Source of the DNA: a virus | Taxonomy: Duplodnaviria > Caudoviricetes | Reading direction: 5' to 3' (one strand) | DNA: 54,163 nt | IMG/VR virus record: IMGVR_UViG_3300032223_000637 | Location: 1-54,163 of that record | In this document: in pieces, positions 37,320 through 46,852 of the stretch | How positions within the stretch are numbered: position 1 is the first letter of the stretch | Layout: the number at the start of each line of letters is the position of its first letter | Made by a program: the position numbers and the translations under genes | Notes under the pieces: model-generated | The model's input: only the letters and a program-made list of their open reading frames with translations | Databases searched by the model: none | Told to the model about the DNA's origin: nothing

Positions 37320-38125
37320 AAAAATTTGCAGTATGTACAACATTCAATAAAGCCGGTTATAAACGATACGGTCAGCGTATGATCCAAAGTTTCTTAAAAA
37401 ATTGGCCTGGTGATGTCGATTTATATGTCTACGCTGAGGATTGTATAGTAGAGGAAACTGCTGACAATTTAATTTTACGTAGTTGTGAAAAAGATTTACC
37501 GGATCTAATGGCATTTAAAGAACAATGGAAAGATGTTCCTAAGGCCAACGGCGATGTAACCAAAGATCCTGTAAGATCCTCAAGAAAAGATCGAGGAAAA
37601 GGTTTTAAATGGGATGCTGTGAGATTTTCTCACAAGGTGTATTCTATATTCCACTGTGCTAAAAATTGTAAATCTCAAATATTGTTGTGGATGGATGCTG
37701 ATATGTTCTGCCATAGTCCTATTAGCTTAGAAGAAATAGAAAAACTCTGCCCTGATGACCAAGACCTGTGTTTTCTTGGTAGAAAACGTAAATTCAGCGA
37801 GTGTGGACTGTATGCTATGAATTTAAATTCAGCAATGCTTCGTACTTTTTTAAACGAGTTTCAAAGAATGTACGACAATGCAGAGCGAGGAATATTTTAT
37901 CTAGATGAATGGCACGACAGTTTTGTATTTGACGCTGTTAGACAAAAAATGCCATTTCTCAAACAGCTAAATTGGAGCGAAGGACTAATCACAGGTGAAG
38001 GTCATCCGTTGATTAACACTGCTTGGGGTGCATACATCGATCATCTCAAGGGAGCAAGGAAAGATACAGGTAAATCACACCAAGGTGATCTAATTGTTGC
38101 TCGAACAGAACCATATTGGAATTAA
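37316..38125 (+). CDS. Putative glycosyltransferase (GT-A, DxD)
   Basis: RFSHKVYSI, LLWMDAD, SECG, WHDS.VFD, HLKG. Confidence 0.65.
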   Translation: MKKFAVCTTFNKAGYKRYGQRMIQSFLKNWPGDVDLYVYAEDCIVEETADNLILRSCEKDLPDLMAFKEQWKDVPKANGDVTKDPVRSSRKDRGKGFKWDAVRFSHKVYSIFHCAKNCKSQILLWMDADMFCHSPISLEEIEKLCPDDQDLCFLGRKRKFSECGLYAMNLNSAMLRTFLNEFQRMYDNAERGIFYLDEWHDSFVFDAVRQKMPFLKQLNWSEGLITGEGHPLINTAWGAYIDHLKGARKDTGKSHQGDLIVARTEPYWN

Positions 38126-38126
38126 A

Positions 38127-38918
38127 ATGAAAAAATTTGCCTGTATAACGTCAATGAACCAAGAGTATTTTGACCACGTGGGTCGAGCCTGCGTTGAAAC
38201 CTACGCAAACTTCTGGCCAAGAAATATTACTTTATATGTCTACAACGAGTATATGCCATTTTTTAAGAAACGCAAGAACATTGCTGAATTTAGATGGGAT
38301 GTTCTAGGAGAAGAATTTGAAAAATTCTGTGATAGAACCGATAATTCAAGAATTGTAACATTTGCTAAGAAAGCATTTCCAATTATACACGCAATGGAGT
38401 ATCTAGACTGTGATAGATTAATCTGGATCGATGCAGATGTCTCAACAAAAATGCCAATCAATCAACAGTTACTGGATATGATAAGTCCAGACGATGTATT
38501 AAGCACACATTTTGGTGTTAAACACGAATGGCCAAGCGAAGATGATCCAGACAGGATTAGTTTTAGTTGCGAAACAGGATTTTTTATCTTAAACAAACGT
38601 CATCCGATGTTTGAAGATTTCAAAAATCTCTATAGAGATTATTACACACAAGATCTAGGCTACGATTTACGTAGATTCTATGACGGTGAAGTATATGGTG
38701 CTGTAGTTAATGAACTAGAGCAACGTGGTGCAAAGATGTTTGAACTAAATCCAGAACAAACACATAAAACTCCAATACCACGTAGTGTGATTGCTCCATA
38801 TCTACAGCATTACAAAGCAGGAGCCAAGGACTCGATAAGCAATGAGGAAATTCTTGCATTGATTGACGAAAAACAATCCATAAGAGAGAAAATGGAAGGC
38901 GACCCTGATGAAGTTTAG
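38127..38918 (+). CDS. Putative glycosyltransferase (paralog of 37316..38125)
   Basis: Same MKKFA start, FAKKAF, LIWIDAD, CETGFF, YDG.VY, HYKA. Confidence 0.65.
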   Translation: MKKFACITSMNQEYFDHVGRACVETYANFWPRNITLYVYNEYMPFFKKRKNIAEFRWDVLGEEFEKFCDRTDNSRIVTFAKKAFPIIHAMEYLDCDRLIWIDADVSTKMPINQQLLDMISPDDVLSTHFGVKHEWPSEDDPDRISFSCETGFFILNKRHPMFEDFKNLYRDYYTQDLGYDLRRFYDGEVYGAVVNELEQRGAKMFELNPEQTHKTPIPRSVIAPYLQHYKAGAKDSISNEEILALIDEKQSIREKMEGDPDEV

Positions 38919-39744
38919 ACTATACCGAGAACACGGTGCATTGAACAGTGTGCCTATTTTTGATGCCTTTGAACAGGGATTGAAAAAATTAGGCCACACG
39001 GTTGTTGACAGCAATGAAGATGTAGCAGTGATATGGTCAATTTTGTGGAATGGACGTATGAATGCCAATAAAATGGTCTATGATGAATGCCAACGTAACA
39101 ACAAGCCAGTGTTGATTCTTGAAGTTGGCACATTGAAAAGAGGTAAGACCTGGAAGGTATCTATCAATCATATCAATAGATTAGGCACGTTTGGTAACGA
39201 TTCTGACCTCGATGAAAATAGACCACAAAAATTAGGAATTTCGCTGAAAGAGCCGAAAACTATCCGACGTCGAGAAATACTAATTGCCTGCCAACACGAA
39301 CGCAGTTTGCAGTGGGAGGGGATGCCACCTATGAGTCATTGGGTATCGAGTATGGTTAGTCAGATCAAATCTCATACTGATCGGCACATAGTGGTGAGAC
39401 CCCATCCAAGGTCGTCTCTACCACTAACTACCTCAGATTTTACGGTGTCTGTACCTAAACGTGTTACAGACTCTTATGACGACTTTGACATCGACTATGA
39501 CTATCATTGTGTAGTCAACCACAACAGTGGTCCAGCTGTACAAGCAGCTATCGAAGGTGTACCAGTGATATGTGACTCATCAAGTTTAGCCGGAATTTTG
39601 AGTGGAAAATTTGAAGAAATTGAAAATATCATATTGCCTGATAGAACTGAATGGTTTTTGAAACTAGCTCACACTGAATGGCTTGAAGAAGAAATTGCGC
39701 AAGGCATACCACTACAAAGGTTAGAAAAATATTTAAAAGGTTGA
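38908..39744 (+). CDS. GT-B-like protein (KpsS/KpsC-like)
   Basis: ILIACQ, TDRHIVVRPHP, VVNHNSGPAVQAAIEGVPV. Confidence 0.58.
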   Translation: MKFRLYREHGALNSVPIFDAFEQGLKKLGHTVVDSNEDVAVIWSILWNGRMNANKMVYDECQRNNKPVLILEVGTLKRGKTWKVSINHINRLGTFGNDSDLDENRPQKLGISLKEPKTIRRREILIACQHERSLQWEGMPPMSHWVSSMVSQIKSHTDRHIVVRPHPRSSLPLTTSDFTVSVPKRVTDSYDDFDIDYDYHCVVNHNSGPAVQAAIEGVPVICDSSSLAGILSGKFEEIENIILPDRTEWFLKLAHTEWLEEEIAQGIPLQRLEKYLKG

Positions 39745-39769
39745 CATTCAGTATTGCTGGTGCTATACT
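39741..39769 (+). promoter_or_regulatory. Sigma70-type promoter (extended -10)
   Basis: TTGACA-17 nt-TATACT with TGn; ATG 6 nt downstream. Confidence 0.8.
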
Positions 39770-39775
39770 GAATAA

Positions 39776-40963
39776 ATGCTAGAATCAACCTTCATCGAAG
39801 ACGTCTTTATCGAATTTTATGACTTTGCCAATGCCAACTGCATTGTTATAAATCAGGCGGATCAATCAGCTTGCCATAGTTTTGCCACAGTAATCGAAAG
39901 TGGTAAACACCTTACAGAGGCTCAAGGAAACTACATCCTAAAAATCCTCGAAAAACACAAAAAATCGATGGTGATGGCCGGTTTTGATTATCGCAATATT
40001 TTACTATCCGATCTCAAATGGAAAAATCCGTTTCGTGTAATAGATCTAAGTAAAAAGATTTATGTAGAAAAAAACAAAGATGGAAAAATTTTCGTTTGTC
40101 TTAAATTTCCATATCAGTTGAAGAAAGAATTTGAGACAGAAATTGAAAAACGTGGAAATTTTGCCTCCGAATGGGATCCTGAAAAGAAAATTAGAATTTT
40201 AGATATCTACGAAACCAATCTCATTCAACTCTATGAATTTGCTCTAAAACATAATTTCGAAATCGACGAAACGCTGTTAATAGCTCTTGGCGAAGTTGAA
40301 GAAATTTGGCAAAATTCTGAGGAAATTTTACCAGGTTGTGAATTGACTGCTAACTGGATAACATTGTTCAATTGCACTAGTGAAATTGACGAATGGTGGA
40401 AGAATCGCAGCACAGGAAATTACAATTCTGATTTATTGTTGGCAAAAAGTATGGGTTATACCTACACCGGAAAACCCCTTACTGTGGTGGAAGAAATAGC
40501 GGTATCTGACAACAATCATTTTTGGATCAAAGACTACAAAACTTTTTTCAATCTCACGAGAGAAGTTGACGGCAAGGTAGTTTACGTTATCGATCGTGCA
40601 AGTTCGCCAGTTGAAACCACTAAAGAGTACATTACAAATTTGATAGAAAATGGGGTAGAAAAATCCCAAATTCGCGTGTGCTTTAGACTTGAAAAGAATG
40701 ACGATAAGACCGGGTTTAATCAATGGGTCAAAGACGAAGGCTATGGCGGCAGCATTGATAATGCAAAGTTTTATATTTTCAACGGCAAGCCTGCAAAGTG
40801 GTTGTTTAAAGATATAAATTCTGTTAAAATACTAGTTAGTAATAACGTTTATCCACAGACAGGCCCTATCACAAGAGATTGGTTTGACTATCATCCTTGT
40901 GTGATTTATCTTGGAAATGTTAAGCCTACTGAAGTGAGGAATAAGAAAATTGTCGAGTTGTAA
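39776..40963 (+). CDS. Hypothetical protein upstream of uvsW
   Basis: 395-aa ORF with no motif I recognise. Confidence 0.75.
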   Translation: MLESTFIEDVFIEFYDFANANCIVINQADQSACHSFATVIESGKHLTEAQGNYILKILEKHKKSMVMAGFDYRNILLSDLKWKNPFRVIDLSKKIYVEKNKDGKIFVCLKFPYQLKKEFETEIEKRGNFASEWDPEKKIRILDIYETNLIQLYEFALKHNFEIDETLLIALGEVEEIWQNSEEILPGCELTANWITLFNCTSEIDEWWKNRSTGNYNSDLLLAKSMGYTYTGKPLTVVEEIAVSDNNHFWIKDYKTFFNLTREVDGKVVYVIDRASSPVETTKEYITNLIENGVEKSQIRVCFRLEKNDDKTGFNQWVKDEGYGGSIDNAKFYIFNGKPAKWLFKDINSVKILVSNNVYPQTGPITRDWFDYHPCVIYLGNVKPTEVRNKKIVEL

Positions 40964-42404
40964 ACTCATAATCAAAGATGAAGTCAATATTAAAGTCGAA
41001 GGACTTAGTATTGAAACACGAAGAAAAATCGTCAACAAATTAAAGTTTGATTTACCATATGCTCGCCATATGCCAGCATATAAACTCGGACGTTGGGACG
41101 GAACAAAAACATATTTTGGCATTGGTGGCAACGGTTTCCTTGCACATCTTGATGTGATACTTCCTATCATCGAAGACTCTGGATATGAGATAGAAGTCGA
41201 AGATCTTAGACAACATCGAGACATTAAATTCCAACCAGTAGATGAAAACTATTGGGCTGATAAAGGTAAGACTTGGCCTAAAGGACATCCAGAGGCCGGT
41301 AAGCCTATCGTACTACGTGACTATCAATATGATGTTGTCAATAAGTTTTTAGAGAATCCGCAAAGTCTACAAGAAGTAGCAACTGGTGCTGGCAAAACCA
41401 TTACAACTGCTACATTAAGTGCGTTGTGTGAACCATACGGACGCACAATGGTAATTGTTCCTAACAAGAGTTTAGTTGTACAAACAGAAGAAGATTATAT
41501 TAACCTAGGATTAGATGTTGGTGTATATTTCGGCGATAGAAAAGAACTAGGTCGCACACATACTATCTGCACGTGGCAAAGTCTTAATGTATTGGATAAG
41601 AAAAGTTTTGATCAAGATACTATGACGTTGGCAGAATTTGCCGAAGGTGTAAACGCAATTATCATTGACGAAGTACACCAAGCTAAAGCAGATGTACTGA
41701 CAAAACTACTAACACAGAATTTTAGAAACTGTTCTATCCGTTGGGGACTAACAGGAACTGTGCCTAAAGAAGCTTGGGAATTCCAAGGCATACTAGCTAG
41801 CATTGGACCTGTAATTAATCAAGTATCAGCAAACGATTTACAAGAAAAAGGTGTATTAGCAAACCTGCAGATTAATGTATTACAGACCAGCGAAGTTCAG
41901 GTATTTAGAAGTTTTGCAGACGAATACGCATTTTTGGTAACTGACGATTCTAGGATTACTTGGATGGCAAATAAAATAAAAGAATTCAGTGCCACTGGTA
42001 ACACTCTGGTATTAATCAATAGAATTGACACAGGAAATAAGTTAATTGAACGTATTCCAGATGCCGTGTTCGTCAGTGGTGGAATGAAACTCGACGATAG
42101 GAAAGAAGAATATGACGAAATTAAAACCAGTGATAATAAGATTATTGTGGCAACATACGGAGTGGCTGCTGTGGGGATTAACATTCCTCGTATTTTTAAT
42201 CTTGTTTTGGTGGAGCCTGGAAAATCTTTTGTCCGTGTTATCCAAAGCATTGGGCGTGGGATAAGAAAAGCCGAAGATAAAGACTTCGTACAGATCTGGG
42301 ACATCACTAGTGCCTGCAAATATTCAAAGCGACATTTAACAGAAAGAAAGAAATACTATAAGGATGCCAAGTATCCTTTTACAATAACCAAGGTAACTAT
42401 ATGA
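40950..42404 (+). CDS. uvsW: SF2 DNA helicase, UvsW-like
   Basis: LRDYQ, ATGAGKT, IIDEVH, GLTGT, VGINIP, QSIGRGIR; TTG start with a GAGGA SD. Confidence 0.92.
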   Translation: MSSCKLIIKDEVNIKVEGLSIETRRKIVNKLKFDLPYARHMPAYKLGRWDGTKTYFGIGGNGFLAHLDVILPIIEDSGYEIEVEDLRQHRDIKFQPVDENYWADKGKTWPKGHPEAGKPIVLRDYQYDVVNKFLENPQSLQEVATGAGKTITTATLSALCEPYGRTMVIVPNKSLVVQTEEDYINLGLDVGVYFGDRKELGRTHTICTWQSLNVLDKKSFDQDTMTLAEFAEGVNAIIIDEVHQAKADVLTKLLTQNFRNCSIRWGLTGTVPKEAWEFQGILASIGPVINQVSANDLQEKGVLANLQINVLQTSEVQVFRSFADEYAFLVTDDSRITWMANKIKEFSATGNTLVLINRIDTGNKLIERIPDAVFVSGGMKLDDRKEEYDEIKTSDNKIIVATYGVAAVGINIPRIFNLVLVEPGKSFVRVIQSIGRGIRKAEDKDFVQIWDITSACKYSKRHLTERKKYYKDAKYPFTITKVTI

Positions 42405-42907
42405 GAATTTTAACATTAAACAATACGGCGTTTGACCTAAACGACCTACCAGATGAGGTAGATGAGGATACAAGGTTCAGTGTACTTGATAACAGCAGTC
42501 CCAATGAACCAGATTTCTTTTTTATGCCTTTGATCTTCCTAGAGTCGTTTAACAGTCCTGCGATCCTATTAAATATTGGTGGATATGAAATACAAATGCC
42601 ATTAGATTGGTGTATGGTAGTAGGCGATAAAGAGTGCGGACTAGACCCAGAAGTACTACCTCTTACCAGCATCAATGAACGTGGGTTTGATGCATTTATT
42701 TTTAATCCGGTTAAAGGATTCAAAGCAGAATTTATGAACATCGAGATAGTTAATATCTTCCAAGATGTTAAATGGTATTTTCCAAAGATGAAAAATGGTC
42801 AGTTGCTAACTGTACCATTACACGATGGCGAGAACCCGCCCTGTGCTTATTTTGTCAAAGAAGTGAGTCGTCAGAGTGAGGTATTGCAATTAGATAAGAT
42901 TCTATAA
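42401..42907 (+). CDS. Hypothetical protein
   Basis: 168-aa beta-rich ORF; ATGA overlap with uvsW. Confidence 0.7.
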   Translation: MRILTLNNTAFDLNDLPDEVDEDTRFSVLDNSSPNEPDFFFMPLIFLESFNSPAILLNIGGYEIQMPLDWCMVVGDKECGLDPEVLPLTSINERGFDAFIFNPVKGFKAEFMNIEIVNIFQDVKWYFPKMKNGQLLTVPLHDGENPPCAYFVKEVSRQSEVLQLDKIL

Positions 42908-42908
42908 T

Positions 42909-43205
42909 ATGGGACAACTTAAGCCAGACGCAACATACATTTACGAAAGAGCAGATGGTGTTACCTATGCTCGAGAATTTGGTGCATTGCCAAATGAACG
43001 TTTTCCGATTGGCTGGGACTATCGACCAGATGATCCAAATTTTGATCCTCGTACCAGCGATGGCCGACCACTGCACGATCATTTAATGGAAGACAAATTA
43101 TGGGGCGATGTTCGACGAGAGGCAAGGACTAATCCTGTCTTGCGAGATGCGTTAGATCGTGCTATACTAATATATCACTTGAGTAAAAAAGATGGGACAG
43201 AATAA
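42909..43205 (+). CDS. Hypothetical protein
   Basis: 98-aa ORF within the operon. Confidence 0.7.
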   Translation: MGQLKPDATYIYERADGVTYAREFGALPNERFPIGWDYRPDDPNFDPRTSDGRPLHDHLMEDKLWGDVRREARTNPVLRDALDRAILIYHLSKKDGTE

Positions 43206-43671
43206 ACACGTAGACCTTTTTAAGGATATGATTCCAGCAGTAGATCTTGGATTACGAGATCTATGGGATGCAGCCACTGAAGAAGGCAAGAAAGAAATCA
43301 AAGGCGATTTCTGGAATCTCAATCGTTATATCAGTAACGTAAAAAGTTCTGATAGAGAATTGAAAGAACACTTCTTGCTAACAACAAATGAGTTCTATAA
43401 CAAGAATTGGAATGACATTCAGAAGCATCCAAAGTTAGTTTGGCAGACTCTTTGTATGGCCAGCCACGAAACTAAGAAAACATATTTTCACGAATGGCTT
43501 CCGCTGAAGCGTGAGAAAAACAAGAAGGAAGAGTTTCTAGCAGAATTATTTCCGGATATGAAAAGAGCAGACATAGAAACATTGGCTGCAATTACAACAG
43601 ACAAAGAAGTTAAGGCATACTGTGAGAAACTTGGTTGGGACAAAAAACAAATCAATGCAATTAAACTATAA
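43192..43671 (+). CDS. Possible clamp-loader small subunit (gp62-like)
   Basis: LNRYIS...NEFYN...HP.L....L....F.EW pattern, size and replication context. Confidence 0.4.
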   Translation: MGQNKHVDLFKDMIPAVDLGLRDLWDAATEEGKKEIKGDFWNLNRYISNVKSSDRELKEHFLLTTNEFYNKNWNDIQKHPKLVWQTLCMASHETKKTYFHEWLPLKREKNKKEEFLAELFPDMKRADIETLAAITTDKEVKAYCEKLGWDKKQINAIKL

Positions 43672-44338
43672 ATGCGAATACTGTAAAAAACTGTTTGCCA
43701 AAGAAAAAACTTTGGGCGTACACGTTTGTGAACAGAAGCGTCGTCATTTATCAAAGACAGAAAAGCACGTTCAGGCCGGACTGTTGACGTTCCAAAGATT
43801 TTATGATTTTACCAACAAAGGAAAAACTCCAAAGACCTTTGATGATTTTGCAGATAGTCCTTACTATACTGCCTTTGTGAAGTTTGGAAGTTTTTTAGTT
43901 AATACAGCACCAATATATCCAGAAATGTTTATTGACTTTGTTATACGAAGTGGTGTAAAATTAGATCATTGGTGCAGAGATGAATTATATGATCAATATG
44001 TGTCAGAATTGATAAAGAAAGAACCTGCAGATGGAGCCATACAACGAACCATCAAAACAATGATGGATTGGGCTGATGCTAACTCTGCTCCGTGGGAACA
44101 TTATTTTCAATATGTGAACTTAAATAGGGCCACCCACGATATTAAAGAAGGTTTGATATCGCCGTGGGTATTGTTAAATACCAAATCAGGAAAAGAATTG
44201 CTGAAGAGGATGAATGATGAACAGTTAGAAATTGTAGGTCCTGTAATTGATCCACAATTTTGGATACGTAGATTCAAGGCTTTGCCCGCTGATATTGAGC
44301 TGGTAAAGGACATCATCAAGGAAGCTAAAATTCTATAA
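43655..44338 (+). CDS. Zn-finger protein (C2H2/C2HC-like N-terminus)
   Basis: YKCEYCKKLFAKEKTLGVHVC; start moved to ATG 43655. Confidence 0.65.
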   Translation: MQLNYKCEYCKKLFAKEKTLGVHVCEQKRRHLSKTEKHVQAGLLTFQRFYDFTNKGKTPKTFDDFADSPYYTAFVKFGSFLVNTAPIYPEMFIDFVIRSGVKLDHWCRDELYDQYVSELIKKEPADGAIQRTIKTMMDWADANSAPWEHYFQYVNLNRATHDIKEGLISPWVLLNTKSGKELLKRMNDEQLEIVGPVIDPQFWIRRFKALPADIELVKDIIKEAKIL

Positions 44339-44343
44339 AATAT

Positions 44344-44568
44344 ATGCCAAAAAGACTAAAAGAAGAAATAATTGAAGAAGAATTAAAAGAGAATGAAGAA
44401 TTCATTTCTAGAGATGATATAGAGATAGAGGTTGTAGTTGGCAATGAATCCCCAGATGTCTATGTTAAGTTCAGCGGATTTGAAGACGAAGAAGATGCAG
44501 AAGAATACGCACAATTTTTAGCAGACACGCTGCCATTATTGCTGTTCGAAACAACGAGGTTAAATTAA
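44344..44568 (+). CDS. Small, highly acidic protein
   Basis: 74 aa, very Glu/Asp-rich. Confidence 0.65.
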   Translation: MPKRLKEEIIEEELKENEEFISRDDIEIEVVVGNESPDVYVKFSGFEDEEDAEEYAQFLADTLPLLLFETTRLN

Positions 44569-44750
44569 TGAAAGAAAGAACACTGAAAGACGGAACTCAA
44601 GTCGAAGAACTCGATTTTCCAATCACATTAGAAGTACATACCAAATGTCCAAGTAAATGGAAACTTGTTGACTTAGAAACAGGCGAGGAGTATATTGGTG
44701 TTAATACCATTGAACCATATCGCCAGTGGAAGCGAACTAACAATGCCTGA
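44568..44750 (+). CDS. Small hypothetical protein
   Basis: 60 aa; TKCPSKWKLVDLETGE; TAATG coupling. Confidence 0.65.
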   Translation: MKERTLKDGTQVEELDFPITLEVHTKCPSKWKLVDLETGEEYIGVNTIEPYRQWKRTNNA

Positions 44751-45321
44751 TATCGACATAGACTTCGTAGATAGAGAACAAGCATTATCTCTATTCAAAC
44801 ATACCAGAGCTAGCAGAGAAGAAGATTCGAAACTAGTTAAACATAATACTGGTGTGTATTTTCACGAAGTTCCAGTCAATGCTTTAGACAACGTCTGTGC
44901 TGTTCCTTATGAACAAGCAGAAGAAAGAGGATATTTTAAAGTAGACTTCCTCAATGTCAGTATCTATAAAGGTGTGAGAGATGAAGCACATCTTGAAAAA
45001 TTAATGGAGACAGAACCACTATGGGATCTACTGGAACAGGACGAATTCACGAATCTGCTCTTTCACGTGAATGGGCACGGGCACGTATTGAGGAAAATGA
45101 AACCGAAAAATATAGAAGAGCTCGCGGCTTGTCTGGCAATAATACGTCCGGCGAAAAAGCATCTGTTTGGCCGGCCGTGGACAGAAGTATTAAAAGAAGT
45201 ATGGACGAAACCAACGACTGAAGATTATTATTTTAAGAAGTCACACGCTATTGCGTATGCCACTGCGATTGTGGTACAAATGAATTTAATTTGTGAAGGT
45301 GTTAGTTACGAATTTAGTTAG
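44743..45321 (+). CDS. Miniature DNA polymerase III alpha (DnaE/family C)-like protein, 192 aa
   Basis: PDIDIDF, KHNTGV, GYFKVDFL, LFHV, LAIIRP, YYFKKSHAIAYA in DnaE order. Confidence 0.85.
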   Translation: MPDIDIDFVDREQALSLFKHTRASREEDSKLVKHNTGVYFHEVPVNALDNVCAVPYEQAEERGYFKVDFLNVSIYKGVRDEAHLEKLMETEPLWDLLEQDEFTNLLFHVNGHGHVLRKMKPKNIEELAACLAIIRPAKKHLFGRPWTEVLKEVWTKPTTEDYYFKKSHAIAYATAIVVQMNLICEGVSYEFS

Positions 45322-45689
45322 GTTGCTTTTCTAACTAGCGTAATGCTCTTACGTTTAATTCGTTTAACAATAATATCATTTAAGCTAGTACACGGTCCTA
45401 AGATTACCTTGACATCCTTGGTACTGAAATTTCGTATAGCATAACGGAATGCTATAATCTCTTTGTTTAAGAAAATATTAATAGGAATTTGCCTGTTTGA
45501 TTCCCACCACCAAACTTCGCCTAATTCCAAGAATTTACGTTTTTCTTCATCAGTTTTAATAGCAGTATAATCGTAGAGACTAGTAACAGCAGAATCTTGG
45601 TTGATTATGATGCCCACGTATTCTTGGTTAACGTGTGTTATTATACTGATAAACGGGAAGTTGTCTTGTAGGTTTTCTGTTATTCTCAT
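45318..45689 (-). CDS. Hypothetical protein
   Basis: 123 aa; EYVGII, WWWESNRQIPINIFL; convergent overlap with the mini-DnaE. Confidence 0.7.
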   Translation of the reverse strand: MRITENLQDNFPFISIITHVNQEYVGIIINQDSAVTSLYDYTAIKTDEEKRKFLELGEVWWWESNRQIPINIFLNKEIIAFRYAIRNFSTKDVKVILGPCTSLNDIIVKRIKRKSITLVRKAT

Positions 45690-45718
45690 CGATAAATACT
45701 ATAAAGGTCCGCTAATGT

Positions 45719-46840
45719 ATGCAATTTAATTCAGTTTATTTATATCCAAATAAGATAGACGTATTCACAAATGCGTTAGCTTCCTGGCAAACAGAGAGGT
45801 ATCGTAGAGTGTATAATCGTAATCTAAAAGTGTTTCGAGGGGTAGACAATCGCATTGATCTACAAGTTCGTAATTCTGACCAAAAATCTGCTGACATTAC
45901 CGGCTCCGTTTTGGTATTTAACATCGTAGCCAGGGAGACCAAGGACTTAGTGATTAAGAAAGACTGTATCACTGTCGCAGCATCTACCGGCAAGGTTTAT
46001 GTAACGTTTACAGAAGCTGATTTGTTGGCTCTTGAAAATGGATTCTACAACTACAGTGTTATACAAGAAGTAAGAGAAGCAATTCCTGATACAGACACAT
46101 ATCGTGTTGTTACAAGAACTCCAATGTTCGTTGATAGCCAGTACGGTGCTGTTGCGACCTTGGAAATATCCGGTGATATCTCCGGTGATGTACAATCTAG
46201 TATCGTAGTAACAGAGTTTTCTTACACAGACCCTGTGGCCTATGGATACACAACACCTCCATCTTTTATCAGCAGTATTATCAGCGGATCACCTAACTTA
46301 TCTACTCCACAAAGTCTACATACCTTTGCATTTTATTGCACAGATTACAGAGGTAAAATTACTATCCAAGGAAGTATGAGCAACAGCTCTACTCCAGAGA
46401 ATGAGTTAACTAGCTGGTATGATATTCCAGATAGTGCTATGAGTCCTGGAGGTAACAATTTTGATCCAGCTGGTGCAACAGTAACCTACAGAAACGTAGT
46501 AGGCAAATGGAATTGGTTTAGAGTTAAACAGATAGCCAAACAGGGCAGTTCTGCTCAATTTACAATACAACAAACATCAGGTGGTAGCTATGTCGTTAAC
46601 CTAGATCAAGCCGGAGAAAACTACAAAGTATCCGAACGTGTTTATATTTCCGGAGCAGATCTAGGTGGAGTTGATGGTGTTAACGATCTAAACATAACAG
46701 TTACCAATATTGCAGGCAATGGCGAAATAACCGGCTTTACCTGGACTGGCGCATCTATCGTAGGTTATAAAACCTTTGTGAAATTAGGATTTAAATCGCC
46801 AACTGACCGCGGAACACTTGACAAGATACTATACAGATAA
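45719..46840 (+). CDS. Putative virion/baseplate-associated structural protein
   Basis: Beta-rich; GADLGG....NDLNITV segment resembles GSNLGG....NDATITV in the giant protein; TAAATA at 45693-45698. Confidence 0.5.
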   Translation: MQFNSVYLYPNKIDVFTNALASWQTERYRRVYNRNLKVFRGVDNRIDLQVRNSDQKSADITGSVLVFNIVARETKDLVIKKDCITVAASTGKVYVTFTEADLLALENGFYNYSVIQEVREAIPDTDTYRVVTRTPMFVDSQYGAVATLEISGDISGDVQSSIVVTEFSYTDPVAYGYTTPPSFISSIISGSPNLSTPQSLHTFAFYCTDYRGKITIQGSMSNSSTPENELTSWYDIPDSAMSPGGNNFDPAGATVTYRNVVGKWNWFRVKQIAKQGSSAQFTIQQTSGGSYVVNLDQAGENYKVSERVYISGADLGGVDGVNDLNITVTNIAGNGEITGFTWTGASIVGYKTFVKLGFKSPTDRGTLDKILYR

Positions 46841-46846
46841 TATACT
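46818..46846 (+). promoter_or_regulatory. Sigma70-type promoter
   Basis: TTGACA-17 nt-TATACT; ATG 6 nt downstream. Confidence 0.8.
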
Positions 46847-46852
46847 GTATGT

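Noticed and set aside
42401-42907. Possible Hint/intein-like domain after uvsW
   Set aside because: No N-terminal Cys/Ser or C-terminal His-Asn; cannot be supported without a structure search
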